Positions 32,276-39,999 of a stretch of 39,999 bases of DNA are shown piece by piece. Source of the DNA: Macrostomum lignano (taxonomy: Eukaryota). Position numbers and translations under genes: made by a program. The number at the start of each line of letters is the position of its first letter. Position 1 is the first letter of the stretch. The notes below the pieces were generated by a model. It saw only the letters and a list, made by a program, of their open reading frames with translations, did not search any database and was not told the origin of the DNA. The DNA lies in assembly GCA_002269645.1 (NCBI GenBank), contig NIVC01004637.1, forward strand, positions 1 through 39,999, read 5' to 3'.

Positions 32276-33061
32276 ATGGAAAATCTGCCGTCTGCTGACA
32301 TGGACTCCGTGTCGGTTGCGGGCCCATCAGCGACTGCGTCCAGGGCTCCTCCGCCGTGCCGATGGCAAAAACTGCTCCCGTCCTGCTTGCCGCTGGTGGC
32401 GCTGTGCCTGGCGACGCTGTGCCTGGCGCCACCGTGTCTGGCGCCGCTGTGCCTAGCGACACCGTGGCTGGCGCCGTGCTGCTTGACACCGTCCTGTCGG
32501 ACGCCGTCCTGCTCGCCGTTTGACTCGGAGGATCTCAATGGTATAGTAAACCAGCTGTACGGCAACAGCGATAACGACATTGATGGCGCTGTTGTCTCCG
32601 CGTCCGCTGGCGATGGCGTCGCCTCAGCCTCCGCTGCCGATGCCGCCGCTGGCAACGCTTCCGCTGATGTCGCTGTCCACATAGGATCAGGACGTCGCCT
32701 AGCTAGAAAGCGACCGCCAGCTCGAGCTCCAGCCGATAGTGCAGCCAAGCGTCAGAAAATTCAACCTGGATCGCTTGTACTAGGTTACTGGCCAACAGAT
32801 GGAGAAAACTGGTGGCCGGCGATGGTTTGCCTACCCCGGCGCGGAACAAACTGCACCAAGAGCTTCTGCTCGAAGCAAATTCACGTGCAGTTTTTCGATG
32901 AGCCTCCTTCTAGCGCGTGGCTACACCAGTGGCGGTTCGCCAGCGGAGCAGAGGCGGCTCCAAAAAACGCTTCTAAACAGCTCTGCCAAGCTTATCAACG
33001 CATGACAGAAGCCAGCAAATTGTATTCATGCAAAAACTTTAACTGCACTTTTAAAATGTAA
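32276..33061 (+). CDS. PWWP-domain protein with low-complexity N-terminus
   Basis: PGSLVLGYW...NWWPAMVC...IHVQFFDEPPSSAWL...LCQAYQRM matches the PWWP pattern. The upstream part has 15-nt repeats encoding (L/P)CLAP. Confidence 0.75.
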   Translation: MENLPSADMDSVSVAGPSATASRAPPPCRWQKLLPSCLPLVALCLATLCLAPPCLAPLCLATPWLAPCCLTPSCRTPSCSPFDSEDLNGIVNQLYGNSDNDIDGAVVSASAGDGVASASAADAAAGNASADVAVHIGSGRRLARKRPPARAPADSAAKRQKIQPGSLVLGYWPTDGENWWPAMVCLPRRGTNCTKSFCSKQIHVQFFDEPPSSAWLHQWRFASGAEAAPKNASKQLCQAYQRMTEASKLYSCKNFNCTFKM

Positions 33062-33496
33062 TCTTGTAAAGCGCAATGTAAATGCTTATACTATACTACG
33101 CTCATCTATCTTATTGAAAAAACATAACAAATAAGTATATTGCTTCTTTTCCTACGCCCTTAAAAGTTTCAGTAGCTTTATTAATTTTATAATACTTTCA
33201 CCATTTAAAACTAATTGCATATTTGCACAACGATGTAAGCGTGTGATAGAATTAATATACCATTTTCAGTAAGAATATTATATGCAGTTTAAACGAACCA
33301 CTGCATGAAAACTAAAAGACATCCATATTCCTACGCTCCTACTCGTAGAAACATTCCTAATTCCCATTCTTAGCTAATTATCACACCTGTCAAATACCGA
33401 ATCAAGTATCAAATGCAGAAATTACATGTATGATGCACTATAGCCGACAACGAATGCCGTAGACAGATTGACCCGTTACACTCAGCATCTCTAACT

Positions 33497-33537
33497 AGCG
33501 CTGTCAATATATGGGATTAAATGGAGAGCTTTGAAAT
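33497..33537 (-). repeat. Right arm of the 41-bp inverted repeat
   Basis: AGCGCTGTCAATATATGGGATTAAATGGAGAGCTTTGAAAT. Confidence 0.9.
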
Positions 33538-36500
33538 TATTTTTTAATTATACGAATTTACTTTTAGTTTTTTAGTCAGTTTTCGTCCTATTTTTGTTTG
33601 CATGCTGTATCGAAGATATGAAAATTTTTGGGTAATTTTGTTTAACTCTTCGTTTGGGTCTGTGAAAAGATATATTATCATTTCTACTTGCAGTAGTGTA
33701 AAAAGACTTTTTAATTGCGTCATGGTTGCATCCTAATATCTTGGATATATTTATTAAGGTGTCATATATGCAATTTCGTTCCTAGGTTATCCCCTTCAAT
33801 TGGAGCGTCATTGCCCCTACTATAGGCAAAACCAGCAGTAAGGCAATTCTGCCAAGGACAACTAAAGCAACGTGATGAGGACGCACTTTTTCCCAAATCC
33901 CGCGCTAGCACATGGGCTCTAAACTTACTTGCCTACTAACAGTGGGCAGTGGGCATTTTATCATTTTTCTGCGAATAGTCATAGAATCTATACTAGATAT
34001 AATGTCTGGCCATACTAGTAGTCATAATAACATAGGCATTGCTTTTTGGGTCATAAATCATCGCTTTCGAAGCTGGTCTGACAGCCACCTGCGCCTCACT
34101 CAGTGTTGAAACGGGCGCCAGATGGTCTGAGAGGATGCGGGCGGTAGCTTTTTTCGCATCAGTTTGACAGGCCATCAAGATTTATGAGGTCAGAGCTTAT
34201 TGTTCGGATTCACTCAAGCGTGTGACAGCTTTGACAGCTATACGTTTTACCCCTAAAAGTACTTTGGGATTAGCGATTAGCGATTTCTCTTCATTATCTT
34301 CACTTTCTATTTAATAAGAGCTTTCTAATGTATATTTTTTCATTAATTTCTGTCAATCCTACGCGAAAAGTCATAAATCATTTTGTTGCGATTTTGAGTG
34401 ATTTATGGCCGCACCTGTCATCTCTTTACGACCCTGTGGGAACTGATAGGATCTCTCGGTCACGTGATTCTGGGTAGCGACAAGCTTAGCCAATCAGAAA
34501 ATTCGGCGCTCATTTTAACAAAACGGCTCAGCCAATCAGAATCGACGTGTTCCGTTATAACAAACTGCGGTCCAGTTGGCGGCTATTTAAACCGGAGTTT
34601 TTGGCCCACTCGGACCTCAACCTTCCGACCTTCCGGACTTGCGCTCACCTCCTGGGACCTTAGCCTAGCTTGAGGCATCCCGGAGCGCGACCGTCGTTTC
34701 TTGATCCCAGGACTGCGACTTCCCCCATCATCATCAAGGACGAGTCCCCCGGTCATCAGCAGCGAACATCAAAGTTAAGATCATCACCTGCTAGCTATCA
34801 GCGAAGATTGTGTCAGCATCATCCCGAATCTACAGCTGCGAAGCACTAAGCCGATTCGGTCACTGTGGATTTCCTGGTCTCCGGCTGTTGAGTTTCTGAT
34901 TGGTTGGGTGAGGGGCTACCTAGACTTGCTTGATTGGGTGATCCCTTATCTGTCCCCTGTTTCAGTAGCTGAATTAGGCGCACACTTTTGCTCATTTTGT
35001 TCAGTAGTGCTGTAATCGAGGCAGAAGTCATTCAATAATACTTCTAGTAGTCTGAAACTCCAATTCAATCTGAAGTGTGAAGTGATTTGAGGAGAAGGTT
35101 AAATCTAACAGTTATTTTTATCGGTTTTATTTCTTTGTTCGCCGATGGCTCAGATGAATAGCTAAGCTAGTAGGCGCCGGTCACAGTGGACCAATGGCAA
35201 AGCAGTTCTCAGTCGATCAATCAATCAAATCAGTGAGCAAAACTGCCAGAAGTGCAGAATCGGCACCAGAGATGTACTTTGTGCACTCTAGGTTCGCCAA
35301 GCGGCTCGGGTAATGAATCGTGCGAGTCTCTGAAGTTCGAGTTAGTCTATCATCAGCGCTACGAGAGGCTGGTTGGCGCGTTAAAGGCCAAAAGTACAAT
35401 TCCTCGTATTTAGCAATGTAATAGTACATGTAGCTACCCCATAGACTCGCCACTGCAAGAATCCCCTGCACAAGTCCCCTCTGTACCTGCATGGCCAATG
35501 CGATCTAGTCCCAGCAGTGTCCCTTATCATCGGCTATGACTTCGAGATTGACAGCAAAAAGACACTAGTTGGCAGGTAAATGCAAAGCCCCTCTAGTCGG
35601 AAGCCCGATTTCGAGAGCCCCGGTGTGGTGAGCCAGGACGCACGGGCTGGTGGCAGCGAGTTAGCTTAGTCTGCGGATTAGCTAATTTCTACCTTCAAAA
35701 TTCTCCCTGCTTGTCTCTCGCTATCCCTCTCTTAGCTATAGGACCTAGACTGCTCGCCACACGATCAAGCTACCATGGGGCTGACCATCTGACAGGAGTG
35801 GGGGCCAGGACTCTAATTGATTTATTTCTGAGACCTGAGGCCCGAAGGCTTGTTCAGAAAATTAGGATTCAATGTTAATTTCTTGTTCTACGTACAATTG
35901 CATATGTCTTGTGCATGAAAACCATTAAAATGGCACGGCTCAGCTCATTGGAATCTATTTTGTCATCCTTAGCTGACTGTGTAACAATATTTGTAACAGA
36001 GATGATAAAATCGATTCATAAAACAAAATATTTGAGCTGTGCCATACTTTTTATGATCTTTAGGTACAGGAAATGTAGGTAGAATAAAAAGTTTACATTG
36101 AATCCTAGTTTTCTGAACGAAAGCTATATATGAATATCAATAGAGCGATAAGAAAGGCACAACATATCAAAAGATGAACACTGGATCTGCCTCCTATCAA
36201 AAGCAATAACAATTTTTGTGCTGAAAAAATGTAAACTTCCGATCTCCGTAGTGTATATCTCGGCGAAAAGTAGCCTTTAAAAAGTAGCCAAGGACCCACA
36301 CGGACCCCACCTGTAGCCAAAGTGCAATAATTGGTCACTCGGTCACAGTGTGACCGAATGGCTGCCACCACTCTATGTGACCTGGATCTTACGACCAGAC
36401 CTCTCGAGGCTAGAGCCCCGTCTGGATTGGTTACCAGGAGATTTAGGCTAACAGGGGAGACGCATGCAGCCGAGTACAGGGCCTCTGCTTGGGGCATGAT

Positions 36501-37052
36501 CGGGAACTCTGGGCTCAATCTGGAGGATTTCTCAGCAGGGGATCCTTTGTGGCTGTGAATGAGGCGGACTTGAGCCTTCAATTACTAAGAGTAGTGTGAG
36601 ATGAACATGTACTAGCTATAGTTTAGATTGCTCAGGGCGAAGGGACGCGTCAGCATGGGGTTGCAACCTTCCTGCTGCCATTCTGTGCCATGACTCGCTA
36701 ATTCCCTCTACTGCACGCACACACGGACCCGCAGCACGAACACACAGGCGGGCTTTGCACGGGGAGAGGCCATTAGCTTACCCAAACTTCCTTATGCTTT
36801 GCCACCCCGGAGAAGGCTTAGCAAGCCATGGGTGAAGTGATGGTGAAGGTGTGAAAAATGAGGAGTTTAGTAATCGTTAACAATTAGGCCCTTAGGCGAA
36901 ATAATCAGGCAATTAGGCGGCTTCACTATGAGTAAAATACAGCAAAGTACGGTACACAAATGGCTCAGTTCTCTAGTCAAGCAATGGGAAATAAGCAAAC
37001 CCCGGATAAGCAAAGTCAATTAGAGTATCAGTACAGGAACTCACCGGCAGCT

Positions 37053-37057
<5 letters not shown>

Positions 37058-37108
<51 letters not shown>
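37058..37108. repeat. (GA)n microsatellite
   Basis: Uninterrupted AGAGAG run. Confidence 0.97.
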
Positions 37109-37111
<3 letters not shown>

Positions 37112-37253
37112 CGGAGTGACCGAGGACGGCTGTAGGCTTCGGACAGGCAGGCAGTGAAGCGGCGATGCGCTGAAGCGACGAGGCGCTGATGTAGCTCAGG
37201 TGATGCTGAGGATGCTGGGCGGTAACAGACCGCGGGCCGGCAGAGGTTCGTCC

Positions 37254-37626
37254 CATAGATAAAGTATACATAGATTCCACCCCTGCCCAGAATGTACACA
37301 CGCTCGTGTCCAAACTTTGACCACCATAAAACTCACCGTGCTCTCATTGGCTGGCGCGAAAGCCTTCCTTTCAACACCTTCGATTTCATTCCCTCACCCC
37401 TTCCACACAAGAAAGCTTTATAACTTTAATGCGCGAACGAAAGGATGTCTTACCAGTTTCAACAGTTAAAGCGGAGATAATAGAAAAGCGGAGTTGGGGG
37501 AATGTACACACGTGGACTCAATGTGCATAGCGTGGCCCAGCCAATAGGAGCGCAGTGAATAAAGTGATGGTCACAATTTAGACACTCCGCGGGGTAGGGG
37601 TGGAATCTATGTATACTTTATCTATG
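37254..37626. mobile_element. MITE with 8-bp TSD (hAT- or P-like), 373 bp
   Basis: Perfect TIR CATAGATAAAGTATACATAGATTCCACCCCT. TSD GTTCGTCC at 37246-37253 and 37627-37634. Confidence 0.92.
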
Positions 37627-37879
37627 GTTCGTCCTATAGACGAATGGGTCAGATCAATGTCTGACAGCAAGTCCAAAGATAGGACGAGAAATTTTTGGTT
37701 CTCACGCCGAAAATCACTTGAGTCATCGTGTCAGGGTCAGGAACCTACCGTGCGTCACAAATTGGGATCCTAAAAGGAGATGGGGTGACGCTGAGCACAA
37801 ACAATACTCTAAGTAGGCACGGGATGAGGAGGGGAAAGCGCAAGAAAACTCGCTAATGCACGATTAAAAGATGGGGAAC

Positions 37880-38645
37880 GTGAGAAATACATCCTCGACT
37901 GTATCAAACTCCTCAACGTGTTGGGTTCCGCCAACAAAATTACCCTTAAGTGGGTTCCGGGGCATGTGGGGATCCGAGGAAATGAGTTGGCTGACACCCT
38001 TGCAAAAGTTGGTGCCTCCGGCTCCTCTCTCGGCCCCGAACCTCTTGTCCCGATTCCTGGCTGTGTCATCGACTCGCGCATCAAAGCGTGGATCAGGACT
38101 CAGCACCGCTCGACTTGGGCGAACCGCACGAACTGCAGGCAATCCAGAGGCGCTGTCCCTCAGCCCTCTCACCAGCTCCGGAAGCTTCTCTTGCGCCTCT
38201 CGCGCAGAGACATCCGGGCTGCCACCATGACCCTCTCTGGTCACGGCTGCTTCTCCAGGCACCAGTACCTGCAGGGCAACGCCACCAACGCCACCTGCAG
38301 TTTCTGCAACTCAGGTGACGAAACCGCTGAGCATTTCGTCAGCATCTGTCCCGCCTTCACGCGGGCCAGACTCACTTACCTCGGGCCACACACATCTATT
38401 ACTGAAGCGTGCAAACCCGAAAACTTTAATCAGCTCATGCGCTACCTTCGGGCCACCCGCAGGGCTGAACTCTCCTTTCCAGAGAGCACCATAGCTGCTG
38501 GCGACACTGGGGGACCTCCCTGGGCGGCGCCAACCCTCCGTCCATAGCGACGCGTCGGCCGTTCAGGGACTAGCGGAATGGGCGCTCGCGCCTTCCCACT
38601 GTGTCCCCTCCGGGACAGCCCTGCAGCTAAGTCAAAGTAAGTCAA
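37880..38645 (+). mobile_element. 5'-truncated non-LTR retrotransposon 3' end (RNase H + CCHC finger; I/R1/Loa group)
   Basis: ITLKWVPGHVGIRGNELADTLAK (RNase H C-terminus) and LSGHGCFSRH...CSFCNSGDETAEHFVSICPAF. Short AAGTCAA-like tail near 38630. Confidence 0.9.
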
Positions 38646-39042
38646 GAGAAATACATGATAAATGGGGTGGGGAACATGAGAAACGGGAAGGCAGGCGGAG
38701 TTGCACAAAAAGGGCTCCGGAAAGGCAAGTGTGGCTGAGTCAGGAGTCAGTCGGTCTGGTCAGGCAGGGACCCGGCCCAGTCCGACAGCTCTGCCCAGTG
38801 GGTCAAAGGGGATCTGGGACATTTCGAAAAATTCCCACATGATCCCGCGACCAAAACGTGGTTACATCCTGGTAGTAACTACAGCTCTGGCATATAGTTT
38901 GGTAACTATTGTATTGTAACTTTTGTATAGTTTTCAATAGTTTCCTAGCTTTCAACAGACTGGGCCAAAAGTCTGGATGACAGATGACGTAATCAAAGTT
39001 CTCCTGAATGTAGACACCAGTCTCTAGTAACAAATTTGCTCA

Positions 39043-39290
39043 ATTAATACAATCGGTAAATCAAAAGACACTAAAACTGTTTAGCTTGTTGGTTTCATTC
39101 ATCTACTCAATAATAAATAATATTATCAGTAAAATATGCTTGTAAAGATAAGCACAATTGTATATATTTAATCTGAAAACGAAAATAGAAGAATATAAAA
39201 CATGATTTATTAAAAAATATTCATTGCACAGATTAAAAAATCAGGATAGTATTTAAGACAATTTGTATTAAAATATTTGTAAAATTGTGT
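39043..39290 (+). repeat. Dispersed AT-rich repeat, copy 2
   Basis: Homologous to ~14705-14950 in the same orientation. Confidence 0.8.
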
Positions 39291-39491
39291 AAAACAAATC
39301 ATATTAATTGGAAGGCAACAAAGGCAGGATCAAGTAGATTGTTGAGCTTTTTGAGAATCAATGCTAAATTGTCTCACACAACTCAATTATTCTCGTGTGC
39401 AAATATCAGAGAAATGAAAAATCGATTCACTAGAAAAAAGATCAGCGCATCACAAGTAGAGATTGGTCTCACAAGTAGCTACCAGTAAATT

Positions 39492-39769
39492 TTATTCAGT
39501 CATTTCGCCCCAAGATTCTGTTTCAGCATCGGGAGCCGTCAGGTCCAGCAGCTCCTGCAACTGTTGTAACTTTTTAGCGTCCACAAGCCCCGATGCTATG
39601 GATGGATCCTTGCCGACTGACTGCAGCAGGTCTAGAGCATCGCTTGAGTCCAGCTTTGAGTTCAGCGATTCGATTATTGAGTTCCTGGCAGCGACTCTCG
39701 GCAGCTTCCCGCAGCTCGACTGCCTGACCAGGGCCTTCTTGCCCTGCAGCCGGATGGAGAGGGCGATGC
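39492..39769 (-). CDS. Probable terminal exon of an unidentified gene
   Basis: Acceptor CCCGCAG| followed by an open frame IALSIRLQGKKALVRQ...KKLQQLQELLDLTAPDAETESWGEMTE*. An overlapping frame gives coiled-coil-like ELREAAESRCQELNNRIAELK, so the frame is uncertain. Confidence 0.45.
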
Positions 39770-39787
39770 CTGCGGGTGCGCAAGGGT

Positions 39788-39999
39788 TGGGGCGATTCTT
39801 TTCAGGGGCGATTCTTTAAAGGGCGATTCTTTGAGGGGCGATTTTTTTGAGGGCGATTCTTTTGTGGGGCGATTCTTTGAGGGGCGATTCTTTTGCGGAG
39901 CAATTCTTTTGCGAGCAATTCTTTTGTGGGCGATTCTTTTGAAGCGCGATTCTTTTGAGGGGCGATTCTTTGAGGGCGATTCTTTTGATGGCGATTCTT
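39788..39999. repeat. Minisatellite, GGGGCGATTCTTT(T)GA-like unit, running off the window
   Basis: Directly visible tandem units of about 16-18 bp. Confidence 0.95.

Noticed and set aside
32248-32748. 166-aa antisense ORF with HSGAR/HGVAR repeats
   Set aside because: It is the shadow of the GC-rich PWWP ORF and its 15-nt repeats.
33993-34178. Minus-strand 61-aa ORF as an MRPL1 or recombinase exon
   Set aside because: There is no motif match, and upstream in-frame stops are present.
35648-35658. Second tRNA-Leu PBS (TGGTGGCAGCG)
   Set aside because: It is only 11 nt, is not preceded by an LTR-type CA end, and has no gag downstream. The nearby 35200-35580 region may be a decayed retroelement but could not be assigned.
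1-39999. tRNA, rRNA or prokaryotic operon features
   Set aside because: No cloverleaf or rRNA-like sequence was recognised; the only tRNA-related match is the PBS.

Overview
This is repeat-rich eukaryotic (animal) DNA, not prokaryotic. It has GT-AG introns and minisatellite-filled introns; the style suggests a free-living flatworm such as Macrostomum, but that is inference only. Host-gene parts: three 3' exons of a divergent tropomyosin-like gene (+; 1-167, 12557-12832, 13453-13623), the last exon of mitochondrial ribosomal protein L1 (-), a frameshifted ankyrin + Mab-21/cGAS-like nucleotidyltransferase (cGLR) gene (+), and an unidentified exon (-) near the right end. Mobile DNA: an ~11.4 kb CMC/EnSpm-like TIR element inside a tropomyosin intron, carrying a spliced DUF4806-like gene, a LINE fragment, a THAP relic and two tandem arrays; a Harbinger-like MITE; a decayed Ty3/Gypsy element with short LTRs and a tRNA-Leu PBS; an inactivated Ngaro/DIRS retrotransposon; an 8-bp-TSD MITE; and a 5'-truncated RNase H LINE. 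The best candidate for something undescribed is 23972-33537. A 41-bp inverted repeat brackets a spliced C2H2-finger tyrosine-recombinase (Crypton-like) gene and a PWWP chromatin-reader ORF, with the Ngaro element apparently nested inside. All family calls come from motif recognition by eye; no searches were run. Scattered 1-bp frameshifts may be assembly errors.
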